This document shows positions 1-8,696 of a stretch of DNA of 64,000 nt, in pieces; within the stretch, counting starts at the first letter, position 1; the number at the start of each line of letters is the position of its first letter. Below the pieces are notes generated by a model. It did no database searches, was not told the DNA's origin, and saw only the letters and a list, made by a program, of their open reading frames with translations. This DNA comes from Syntrophales bacterium. GTDB taxonomy: Bacteria > Desulfobacterota > Syntrophia > Syntrophales > UBA2210. Position numbers and translations under genes: made by a program. The DNA lies in NCBI GenBank assembly GCA_028718565.1, contig JAQULO010000001.1:27736-91735 (forward strand), read 5' to 3'.

Positions 1-11
1 GGCTGGGTCTG

Positions 12-1505
12 TTATAACCGGACATCTCTCTTTGCCCGCATATGGGGGAAAAGTATTACGTCCCGGATGGATGGAGAGTTGGTAAAAAGCATGACCAGCC
101 GATCTATCCCTATTCCTTCACCCGCAGTCGGCGGCATACCATATTCCAGGGCACTTATGTAGTCTTCGTCCATTTCATGGGCCTCCTTGTCTCCTGCCTC
201 CCTTTCCTTCAACTGCATGGCAAATCTGTTTCTCTGGTCCTCGGGATCATTGAGTTCTGAAAAGGCATTGGCAAGTTCTCTGCCATAGATATACAACTCG
301 AACCGATCGGTAAAACCGCCGTCGCCGGCACTTTTCCTCGAAAGAGGTGAAACCTCTATGGGATAACTGGTAACGAAGGTCGGCTGAATGAGCCTGGCCT
401 CAGCCACTTCCTCGAAGATGGCCACGATGATCTTCCCCAACGGCTCATCGTCTTCAACCGCCAGCCCCAGGACTCTTGCATACTTCGCGGCTTTTGCCTG
501 GTCTTCCAGGATATCGGGTGTGGCGTCTGAGTGTTTCAGAATAGCCTCTTTCACCGTAAGTCTCTGCCAGGGGCGGGCAAGGTCAAGTTTGATGCCCTGA
601 TATTCAATCTGAAGAGAACCTAATATCTCCGTGGCGACAGAGGTGATCATCTCTTCAGTCATAACGATCAGGTCTTCATATGTGGCGTAGGCCTGATAGA
701 ATTCCATCATGGTAAATTCAGGATTGTGAGAGGTTGATACCCCTTCATTCCTGAAATTTCTGTTTATCTCAAAAACCCGATCAAGCCCTCCGACGATCAG
801 GCGCTTCAGGTACAGCTCGGGCGCGATTCGCAGATACAGGTCCATGTCAAGGGTGTTATGGTACGTTTTGAATGGTCGCGCCACCGCGCCACCGGCCATA
901 GGGTGCATCATCGGCGTTTCCACTTCAAGAAAGTCTCGATCCTGCATGAAGTCGCGAATCAGTTTTATAACCCTGCTTCGCGTATAAAAGACCTCTTTGA
1001 CCCCCGGATTCATGATAAGATCGACGGGTCTCTGCCGGTACCTGGCTTCGACATCGGTGAGTCCGTGCCATTTCTCGGGTAAGGGCCGTATCGCCTTTGA
1101 CAGGAGCCGCACATTATCGGCATCGACAGTTAACTCGCCTGTTTTCGTCTTAACTAGCCCCCCCGAGATAAAGACGATATCTCCGACATCGAATTTTTTA
1201 AAGATGGAATATGCGTCCTTACCGACCTTGTCTCTTGCTATATACCCCTGTATTCGACCTTCCCTATCCTGAATGCTCACGAAAGCGGCCTTGCCGAAGT
1301 TTCGCACCGCCATCAATCGTCCCGCCAATGTAAACTTTTCTTCAATCCCTGTCAGATCCTCGTTATCCATATCGCCGAACCGGTCGATCACGGACTTGGT
1401 GGTCGCGGTTACCTTCGCATCATTCGGGTAGAGTTCAACCCCCATATCTTGCAGGGCCTTCATCTTCTCCTCCCGCTTTCTCAGCAACTCACTCTTCTCA
1501 TCCAT
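12..1505 (-). CDS. lysS: Lysine--tRNA ligase, class II
   Basis: 497-aa ORF of full LysS length. Class II aaRS motifs are visible (NRNFRNEG...HNPEFT, GEGIGIDRLVM), with an N-terminal OB-type anticodon-binding region. Confidence 0.95.
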   Translation of the reverse strand: MDEKSELLRKREEKMKALQDMGVELYPNDAKVTATTKSVIDRFGDMDNEDLTGIEEKFTLAGRLMAVRNFGKAAFVSIQDREGRIQGYIARDKVGKDAYSIFKKFDVGDIVFISGGLVKTKTGELTVDADNVRLLSKAIRPLPEKWHGLTDVEARYRQRPVDLIMNPGVKEVFYTRSRVIKLIRDFMQDRDFLEVETPMMHPMAGGAVARPFKTYHNTLDMDLYLRIAPELYLKRLIVGGLDRVFEINRNFRNEGVSTSHNPEFTMMEFYQAYATYEDLIVMTEEMITSVATEILGSLQIEYQGIKLDLARPWQRLTVKEAILKHSDATPDILEDQAKAAKYARVLGLAVEDDEPLGKIIVAIFEEVAEARLIQPTFVTSYPIEVSPLSRKSAGDGGFTDRFELYIYGRELANAFSELNDPEDQRNRFAMQLKEREAGDKEAHEMDEDYISALEYGMPPTAGEGIGIDRLVMLFTNSPSIRDVILFPHMRAKRDVRL

Positions 1506-1787
1506 CAGCTAATCCCCTCATGAACGCCCATTCGTACGTTAATTCCATAATAACGGATATAAGTTAGTTGGTTTCTCATTCACAAACAAGCATTTTTTCG
1601 CAAGTTCAAGGGAATAAAGGGATTGACACAGAGGTTGCGGAAAAGGGCCCCTTTTGAACAGAAACTAACTAAACCCGTAAGGCAGTCCTAACTATATCCT
1701 TTTCCCCATTTAGTCAAGGATTTTGAGAAAAAGCATTGACAAAAAAACTCTATAATAATAGCATGCTGGCCTGTTCGGGTAGAGCAG

Positions 1788-2831
1788 GTGTATGAGGACC
1801 GGGATGAAACGGCAGCCCTACTCCGTGACATTGAAAGGCGTTGTATAGTGAAAAACATCATAAGCAAGAAGAGGGCTCTCGAGATTATCGACCGTTTTCA
1901 CCGTTCAAAGGTGCTGGTAGTCGGAGATATTATGGTTGACCAGTTTATCTGGGGAAAGGTATCGCGAATCTCACCGGAGGCCCCGGTACCGGTGGTGAAA
2001 GTAACCTCTGAGAGCCTCCTCCTGGGTGGCTGTGCCAATGTGTTGAACAACGTGTTTTCCATGGGAGGGAAAGTCGCCGTCTCCGGGATTGTCGGATCCG
2101 ACACCATGGGCAGGTGGCTGATAGATACCTTACAGAAGATGACCGTCGATACGGCAGGCGTCATTGTGGAACAGGAGCGCCCAACCATAGTCAAAACAAG
2201 GATCATCGCACACAATCAACAGGTGGTGAGATTTGACAGGGAAGATAAGAGCCCGGTTACCCAGAACAGCCTTCAGAGGATCATAGCGTATATAGAATCC
2301 ATGGAAGACGACCTCGGGGCGGTGATCATATCGGATTACAATAAAGGGGTCTTTTCGGAACAGCTCATCAGGAAGATACGAGAGATAACGACAAAGCGGG
2401 GAATCATCCTGTGCATCGATCCCAAGCAGAGCGACTTTTCCCTGTACCGCGGGTGCGATCTGATAACGCCTAATCACCAGGAAACCGAACACGCACTTGG
2501 CATGGAACTTGAGAACAGCGATGATATCACCAAAGGCGGCAAAACCCTCATCAGAAAATTTGGGTTCAGGGGACTTCTGATAACAAGGGGAGAAGAGGGG
2601 ATGACCCTCTTTGAAGGTGACGGCGGGGTCACACATATCCCCACTGTAGCCAGGGAGGTCTTCGATGTAACAGGTGCAGGTGACACGGTGATAGGTGTCT
2701 TTGCCCTCTGCGTTGCGGCTGGGGCAACATTCACGGAGGCCGCCTTTCTTGCCAATCACGCAGCAGGCATTGCGGTCGGCAAGGTAGGTACTGCGCCGGT
2801 TTATCAGGACGAATTGAGGAAAGCGCTATGA
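1788..2831 (+). CDS. hldA: D-glycero-beta-D-manno-heptose-7-phosphate kinase (RfaE domain I, PfkB family), stand-alone
   Basis: PfkB/ribokinase signatures (VLVVGDIMVDQF near the N-terminus, DVTGAGDTV near the C-terminus). Length matches the kinase half of HldE. The ORF-track start is GTG 1788; an in-frame GTG at 1848 is an alternative. Confidence 0.8.
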   Translation: MYEDRDETAALLRDIERRCIVKNIISKKRALEIIDRFHRSKVLVVGDIMVDQFIWGKVSRISPEAPVPVVKVTSESLLLGGCANVLNNVFSMGGKVAVSGIVGSDTMGRWLIDTLQKMTVDTAGVIVEQERPTIVKTRIIAHNQQVVRFDREDKSPVTQNSLQRIIAYIESMEDDLGAVIISDYNKGVFSEQLIRKIREITTKRGIILCIDPKQSDFSLYRGCDLITPNHQETEHALGMELENSDDITKGGKTLIRKFGFRGLLITRGEEGMTLFEGDGGVTHIPTVAREVFDVTGAGDTVIGVFALCVAAGATFTEAAFLANHAAGIAVGKVGTAPVYQDELRKAL

Positions 2832-3382
2832 GCAGGCCAACCTTCCCTGAACCGGTAAAGACAGTCTCCAGCGTCTTCTCCGGGAGCACGGATATGTTGC
2901 ACGGGGCCATAGCAGTCATGTCAGATAGATTGGGCAAAATTGATTACATAAGCGCTTTGTTGCCCTTTGCATACACCGATTACTATGCCAAAGAATCGGG
3001 GCCTTCCCTTGTCAGGCGGTTCATCTCTTTTGAAACCCTGGTGCCCCCCGATACGCTTCCCGACATAAAGTTATCCACGAACAGCATAGAAGAAAAATTT
3101 ATGAGAGAAGGCAACCGGCTTGTAAATATAGACCCGGGATATCTGTCTCAAGCCCATCTGATCCTTGCCACGGGAAAGGCCTACACACATCGTCCCTATA
3201 TCAGGGACGGCATATATGCCGATCTGACCCTCGTCTTCGTAAATCATACCTTCCGGAGTCTCGAGTGGACCTACCCCGATTATGCGGACAAGGATATCAT
3301 CTTGATGTTCAACAATATACGCGAGAGATACGCCCTACAACTTGCCCAGGATAAGGGTGCAAAATATCGTTTAACGGTGTAA
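2828..3382 (+). CDS. Conserved hypothetical protein (DUF4416-like)
   Basis: 184-aa ORF whose ATG overlaps the hldA stop (ATGA), which suggests translational coupling. The family label is from memory of DUF4416-sized proteins and is tentative. Confidence 0.5.
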   Translation: MSRPTFPEPVKTVSSVFSGSTDMLHGAIAVMSDRLGKIDYISALLPFAYTDYYAKESGPSLVRRFISFETLVPPDTLPDIKLSTNSIEEKFMREGNRLVNIDPGYLSQAHLILATGKAYTHRPYIRDGIYADLTLVFVNHTFRSLEWTYPDYADKDIILMFNNIRERYALQLAQDKGAKYRLTV

Positions 3383-3441
3383 CAATACACACGGCAAGGA
3401 CGGAACACCCCAATGCCCCGTCCGGACCAGGAGAAGAATCT

Positions 3442-4329
3442 ATGATACGAAGCATGACAGGCTACGGAAGATCGGAATCCGTCTTTGCGGGTAAAAAACT
3501 GGCCGTAGAAATCAAATCCCTCAACCACAAAAACCTGGAAAGCAGCGTGCGGCTCCCTGCCTTTCTCTCCGCCCTAGAGATACATATCAAGAAGAGGGTG
3601 ATGGAGCGAATCTCCCGTGGGAGAGTTGAGGTGAACGTCAGGATAGATTCAGACCCTGGAGCAAATGGTGGAGACAAGCTGGAGGCAAACATCCCCCTCA
3701 TCAGTAGCTATTATGCCCTGCTGAGGGGCCTGAAGGAATCGTTCAATCTCACCGACGAGATAACCCTGAGTACCCTCGTCGGGCTGAAGGGCGGCATCTG
3801 TACGTCGGAAACAGAGATCGACCCTGAGCAAATATGGAGCACGCTGGAAGGGGCTCTGGACGCATCCATTGATTCCCTCGTGCAGATGAAGGAGGCCGAG
3901 GGCAGGCTCCTCTATGAAGATTTCACTGCACGTCTCGGCACGGTTACATCCTGCGTAGAGACGTTAAAGGCGCGGATCCCGGAGGTGACCAACAATTACC
4001 AGGATAGGCTTTCGGCCCGAATCAGGGAACTGCTGGACGGCATGGCTTGCGATGAATCAAGGCTGATTCAGGAAGTTGCTATAATGGCCGAAAAGAGCGA
4101 TATTACCGAGGAGATAGTCCGCCTTGCAAGTCACATAAAGCAGTTTGGCGAGATGCTGCTGAGCAGTGATGATACCATCGGCAGGAAAATGGATTTTCTG
4201 CTACAGGAAATGCACAGAGAAATAAATACGATCGGTTCCAAGAGCAACGACCTTAGCATATCCGGCACCGTAATAGAGATAAAGACGGAACTTGCCAAGC
4301 TGAGGGAGCAGGTCCAAAATATCGAGTAA
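3442..4329 (+). CDS. yicC: YicC family stress-induced protein / endoribonuclease
   Basis: N-terminus MIRSMTGYGR and C-terminal ...LREQVQNIE are hallmarks of YicC. The conserved yicC-gmk-rpoZ gene order supports the call. Confidence 0.85.
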   Translation: MIRSMTGYGRSESVFAGKKLAVEIKSLNHKNLESSVRLPAFLSALEIHIKKRVMERISRGRVEVNVRIDSDPGANGGDKLEANIPLISSYYALLRGLKESFNLTDEITLSTLVGLKGGICTSETEIDPEQIWSTLEGALDASIDSLVQMKEAEGRLLYEDFTARLGTVTSCVETLKARIPEVTNNYQDRLSARIRELLDGMACDESRLIQEVAIMAEKSDITEEIVRLASHIKQFGEMLLSSDDTIGRKMDFLLQEMHREINTIGSKSNDLSISGTVIEIKTELAKLREQVQNIE

Positions 4330-4378
4330 AATACGGTTTTCGGGTTAGAAGAAAGACCGACAAAACAAACACCGTGGA

Positions 4379-5017
4379 GTGGACAACATGAAACATACCG
4401 ATACACAGGGACTCCTCATGGTCATTTCCGCCCCCTCAGGCGCCGGGAAAACCACTCTGTGCAAAAGGCTCTTGGCTGAATTTTCCGATCTGCGTTTCTC
4501 TGTGTCCTGCACCACACGCCCCGCGAGAAAGGGGGAGAAGGACGGCAGGGATTACCACTTTATCTCCGTGGAAGATTTCACGAGGAGACAGGCGAACAGC
4601 GAATTTGTAGAGTGGGAAGAGATCTACGGTCATCTTTACGGAACACTCAAAAGGGATATAGAAGATATAATCACTCGGGGCCATGACGTCATACTGGACG
4701 TCGATACGAGGGGGGCCCGCAATGTAAAGGAACAGTACCCTTGGGGTATTTTCGTCTTCATCATGCCGCCATCCGTGGAAGTCCTTAAGGAAAGATTAAA
4801 AAAACGCGGCTCGGAAACCGACGACATTATAAAGGTTCGCTTCGACAAAGCCATGGAAGAGATACGGGCAAATGAATGGTATGATTATGTTGTATTTAAT
4901 GATATGATGCACGATTCTGTGAATATAATGAGATCCGTGTATATCGCCGAAAAGAACAGGCGATCTCGGCTACAGGGCAGAATAGATTACTTTTATCGCA
5001 TAACCGGAGGTATATAA
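4379..5017 (+). CDS. gmk: Guanylate kinase
   Basis: P-loop ISAPSGAGKTTL and a typical Gmk core (YHFIS..F, EWEEIYGHLYGT). Confidence 0.93.
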   Translation: MDNMKHTDTQGLLMVISAPSGAGKTTLCKRLLAEFSDLRFSVSCTTRPARKGEKDGRDYHFISVEDFTRRQANSEFVEWEEIYGHLYGTLKRDIEDIITRGHDVILDVDTRGARNVKEQYPWGIFVFIMPPSVEVLKERLKKRGSETDDIIKVRFDKAMEEIRANEWYDYVVFNDMMHDSVNIMRSVYIAEKNRRSRLQGRIDYFYRITGGI

Positions 5018-5020
5018 ACC

Positions 5021-5311
5021 ATGGCACGAGTTACCGTAGAGGATTCCCTGGAAAGGGCAAGGAACAGATTTGCCCTGACGCACCTTACGACCCTGAGGGC
5101 AAAGCAACTCCTGAGGAAAGCGAAACCCCTGAGCGAAAAGAAAAACAATCGGGAGATCGTTACCGCTTTGCGGGAAATAGCGGAAGGAAAAGTGATATAT
5201 TCCCACCCCGAAGTTCTCGACGCAAAATCAGCCGATATTGAGCTGGTTGAACTCATAGAAAACAACAGGGGTGTGGTCGAAGATGCAAATGCCGAACCGA
5301 TGCCGAGATAA
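5021..5311 (+). CDS. rpoZ: DNA-directed RNA polymerase subunit omega
   Basis: 96 aa with N-terminus MARVTVEDSLE..NRF.L, typical of RpoZ. It lies directly after gmk. Confidence 0.9.
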   Translation: MARVTVEDSLERARNRFALTHLTTLRAKQLLRKAKPLSEKKNNREIVTALREIAEGKVIYSHPEVLDAKSADIELVELIENNRGVVEDANAEPMPR

Positions 5312-6023
5312 GCTGATATTTGCCCTTGATCTGGGAGAAGACCTGGACGAGGCTGTCAGGTGGACCGACCTGCTGAGGGATCACGTGGGGATGTTCAAGG
5401 TAGGTAAGGAGGCATTCACCCGTTTCGGTCCCCGGATTGTATCGGACATACTGGAAAGGGGCGGAAAGGTCTTTCTTGATCTGAAGTTTCATGACATCCC
5501 GAACACCGTGGCAATGGCCTCCCAGGCGGCTGTAAAACTTGGCATTTCCATGTTCAACTTGCACGCGCTTGGAGGGCGGGAGATGATGGGGCGGGCGGTC
5601 GATTCCGTCAACAAAACCGCGAGCATTCTAAGGATTACCCCTCCGGTGCTCCTTGCGGTAACGGTTCTTACCAGCTTGAATGATTCCGACATCAAAGAGA
5701 TAGGATTTGGATGCACTACCGGGGAGCTCGTTCTAAAACTCGCGATCTCGGCCAGAGACGCGGGGGTTTCCGGCGTTGTGGCATCGGCGCAGGATGTCCT
5801 TCCCATACGGAAGGCGTGTGGAGAAGACTTTATTATTGTAACCCCAGGCATACGACCGGGTAACAAGGTGGCGAGTGACGACCAGAAGCGGGTGTTGACG
5901 CCAAGGGATGCCATCGCCATGGGGGCGGATTATCTAGTGGTGGGCAGGCCCATACGTCTGGCTGATGACCCCGTTGCCACAGCGAACAGCATTACAGAAG
6001 ACATATCCAAGGGGCTCCGCTAA
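5289..6023 (+). CDS. pyrF: Orotidine-5'-phosphate decarboxylase
   Basis: Motifs LIFALDL and FLDLKFHDIPNTV. The ORF opens at 5271 inside rpoZ; the Met at 5289 (MPNRCRDKLIFALD) is the more plausible start. Confidence 0.9.
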   Translation: MPNRCRDKLIFALDLGEDLDEAVRWTDLLRDHVGMFKVGKEAFTRFGPRIVSDILERGGKVFLDLKFHDIPNTVAMASQAAVKLGISMFNLHALGGREMMGRAVDSVNKTASILRITPPVLLAVTVLTSLNDSDIKEIGFGCTTGELVLKLAISARDAGVSGVVASAQDVLPIRKACGEDFIIVTPGIRPGNKVASDDQKRVLTPRDAIAMGADYLVVGRPIRLADDPVATANSITEDISKGLR

Positions 6024-6052
6024 GATTTCAGATCCTACCTGGAGGAAAATCA

Positions 6053-6805
6053 ATGCAGGTAATCTACGGCGTTCATCCGGTTGAGGAGGCACTGAAGGAT
6101 GGGGGCAAAATAGAGAAGGTTTTCCTGACCAGAGAGGGGGGTCGGGGCAGTTCCCGTGAGATAGCGGAACTCGCCTCCCGGAGAAAGATATCCGTAGTCT
6201 TCACAGACAGAGAGCACCTGAATACCATCGCCGGGACAAGGCACCATCAGGGTGTCATCTGTATATGCGAGGAGTATCAATATTTTGACATTAATGCGAT
6301 CCTTGGGAGTTGCACATCCTCCAAAAATACTTTAGTTTTGATCCTTGACGGCATTACAGACCCACAAAACCTTGGTTCGCTCATACGAACGGCCCTCTGT
6401 TTCGGCGTGGCAGGATTGGTCATACCGGAAAATCGAGCGGCATCCGTTACCCCCTCCGTCATAAAGGCTTCTGCAGGCGCGGCTCTCCATCTCCCCATTG
6501 CCAGGGTAGTGAACATATCGAAAACAATTGATCTACTAAAAGAAGAGGGCTTCTGGATATACGGTGCCGATGCCGGCTGCGGGGAAGTGCTAAGCTCCCC
6601 CGATTACAGCAACCATGCAGGCATCGTACTGGGGAGCGAGGGGAAGGGGATACGACCGCTGGTAAGAAAGAAATGTGATGTCCTGATCTCTATCCCGATA
6701 ACCGACAGCATCGATTCCCTGAACGTGTCCGTCGCCGGAGGCATTATCCTCTACGAAATAACTAGCCATTGGGACACCCTGAAGATACAGGGAGAAAGGA
6801 GGTAG
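6053..6805 (+). CDS. rlmB: 23S rRNA (guanosine-2'-O)-methyltransferase, SpoU/TrmH family (RlmB-like)
   Basis: SpoU motifs LILDGITDPQNLGSLIRTA, IVLGSEGKGIR and SLNVSVAGGI, with an N-terminal substrate-binding domain. Confidence 0.85.
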   Translation: MQVIYGVHPVEEALKDGGKIEKVFLTREGGRGSSREIAELASRRKISVVFTDREHLNTIAGTRHHQGVICICEEYQYFDINAILGSCTSSKNTLVLILDGITDPQNLGSLIRTALCFGVAGLVIPENRAASVTPSVIKASAGAALHLPIARVVNISKTIDLLKEEGFWIYGADAGCGEVLSSPDYSNHAGIVLGSEGKGIRPLVRKKCDVLISIPITDSIDSLNVSVAGGIILYEITSHWDTLKIQGERR

Positions 6806-6807
6806 AG

Positions 6808-8019
6808 ATGCCGGTATATCTGTGGGAGGGGACGACAAAAAAGGGTGAGAAGAAAACGGGCGAATTGACGGCCGCGGATGAAAGCAGCGTAAGAATCCAG
6901 TTGCGCCGCCAGCACATCAAGCCTGATAATATAAAGAAAAAGCCCAAAGATCTTTTTGAGAACATCCCCTTTCTTCAGCAGAAGGTCAAAGAAAAAGACA
7001 TAGTGGTGTTCGCGAGACTGTTCGCCACGATGATCAATGCAGGACTGCCTATCATCCAGTGCCTCGACCTGCTGGGCGAAGAGGAAAAAAACAAGACTTT
7101 TGCAAAGGTCATCAAAACAATAAAACAAGACATTGAGGGGGGGAGCTCCCTCTCTGAGGCCCTGAAGAAATACCCGACTATGTTTGATGACCTCTTCGTA
7201 AACCTGGTCGCTGCCGGAGAGGCAGGCGGCATCCTGGACGTTATTCTCAATCGTCTTTCCGCATATATGGAAAAGGCGATGGAGCTGAAACGGAAGGTAA
7301 AGGGGGCCATGACGTATCCGGTTACCGTCCTCGTGGTTGCCTTCGCAGTTGTTATTTTGCTCCTGTACAAGGTTGTCCCCGTTTTTGAGGAGATGTTTTC
7401 AAGCATGGGGTCGGCTCTGCCGGGCCCCACGCAATTCCTTGTTGATATGAGCCGCTTTGTCCAGAACAACATATTATACATACTGGGCACAATCGTCCTT
7501 TTCGTTTTCGCCTTCAAGAGATATTACAGAACCGAGCGGGGAAGACTTCAGATAGATCGTACCGTGCTCAAGTTGCCCGTCTTCGGACTTCTGCTCAAGA
7601 AGGTTGCTGTGGCAAAATTTTCACGGACCCTTTCCACCATGATGAGCAGCGGGGTCCCTATACTTGACGGACTTGAGATCGTCAGCAAGACGGCGGGGAA
7701 CAAAATAGTCGAGAACGCCCTGATGAACACCAGAAAAAGCATAAGTGAAGGAAGAACCATAGCAGAACCCCTGTCCGAAGCAGGGATATTCCCCTCCATG
7801 GTTGTCTCCATGATAGCGGTCGGTGAAAACACCGGGGCTCTGGATGCCATGCTGGAGAAGATCGCTGACTTTTATGACTCCGAAGTCGATGTCGCAGTAG
7901 GTGCCATGACGGCACTCCTCGAACCCATGATGATGGTGTTTTTGGGCGGTGTTGTGGGGGGTATGATAGTGGCCCTGTATCTGCCCATCTTTTCCATGGC
8001 GGGCGCTGTTGGTGGATAA
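6808..8019 (+). CDS. pilC: Type IV pilus assembly / type II secretion platform protein (PilC/GspF family)
   Basis: Duplicated GspF domain with three TM segments. Start chosen at MPVYLWEG (6808), preceded by GGAGG; the ORF opens at 6769. Confidence 0.85.
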   Translation: MPVYLWEGTTKKGEKKTGELTAADESSVRIQLRRQHIKPDNIKKKPKDLFENIPFLQQKVKEKDIVVFARLFATMINAGLPIIQCLDLLGEEEKNKTFAKVIKTIKQDIEGGSSLSEALKKYPTMFDDLFVNLVAAGEAGGILDVILNRLSAYMEKAMELKRKVKGAMTYPVTVLVVAFAVVILLLYKVVPVFEEMFSSMGSALPGPTQFLVDMSRFVQNNILYILGTIVLFVFAFKRYYRTERGRLQIDRTVLKLPVFGLLLKKVAVAKFSRTLSTMMSSGVPILDGLEIVSKTAGNKIVENALMNTRKSISEGRTIAEPLSEAGIFPSMVVSMIAVGENTGALDAMLEKIADFYDSEVDVAVGAMTALLEPMMMVFLGGVVGGMIVALYLPIFSMAGAVGG

Positions 8020-8032
8020 GGGAGCTAAAAAA

Positions 8033-8109
8033 TGGTCGGGATGGCGCGATTTGAACGCGCGACTCCTGCGTCCCGAACGCAGTGCCCTACCAGGCTGGGC
8101 CACATCCCG
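8033..8109 (-). tRNA. tRNA-Pro (anticodon CGG), CCA encoded
   Basis: The reverse complement reads CGGGATGTGGCCCAGCCTGGTAGGGCACTGCGTTCGGGACGCAGGAGTCGCGCGTTCAAATCGCGCCATCCCGACCA. It folds as a cloverleaf with a 7-bp acceptor stem, anticodon loop TTCGGGA and T-loop GGTTCAAAT. Confidence 0.92.
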
Positions 8110-8263
8110 ACAAGGGCATTGACTATATAATTTCCCCCTAAATGTCCATAAAAAAATGAGGTGTGCCGTAATATACGCCAAAAGGGAGCTGTGGCTTGTC
8201 TGAGGCAAAAATTCATGATATTGAGGGATCTAATGTTGTTGTTATGCAGGAGGAATCAGCTAC

Positions 8264-8680
8264 GTGATAATTTATGATCTTAAGTGTGAGAAGAAACACA
8301 CCTTTGAAGGATGGTTTAACGACAGGGAAGCCTTTGAAGCGCAGAAAAAGAAAAAACTCGTCACATGCCCTGTATGCGGCAGCTCAGACATAGGTATAGT
8401 TCCTTCCTCCATCACGATCATGGGGAGGGAAACAGAGGGACTGAAGAATACAAGCAGCAAGGAAATCTCCCCCATGAAGGCGCTCAAGTTGTTCCATGAA
8501 TACATGGATAAGACATTTGAAGACGTGGGGAGCAGATTTGCCGAAGTTGCTCTGCGGATACATGCCGGCGAGGAAGACGTCCGGAGCATCAAGGGTACTA
8601 CGACAGAAAGGGAAGAGGCCACACTCACGGAAGAGGGCGTTCCCTTCGTAAAGATCCCCATACCGAAATTCGACAGTTGA
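8264..8680 (+). CDS. DUF1178-like zinc-ribbon protein
   Basis: 138 aa with N-terminus MIIYDLKCEKKHTFEGWF....CPVCGS, characteristic of the DUF1178 family. GTG start. Confidence 0.6.
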   Translation: MIIYDLKCEKKHTFEGWFNDREAFEAQKKKKLVTCPVCGSSDIGIVPSSITIMGRETEGLKNTSSKEISPMKALKLFHEYMDKTFEDVGSRFAEVALRIHAGEEDVRSIKGTTTEREEATLTEEGVPFVKIPIPKFDS

Positions 8681-8696
8681 CAGGCCCTTTCTTCAA

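Noticed and set aside
5271-5288. pyrF start at 5271, overlapping rpoZ by 41 nt
   Set aside because: The Met at 5289 gives the canonical short N-terminus before LIFALD. The upstream extension is probably read-through of the open frame.
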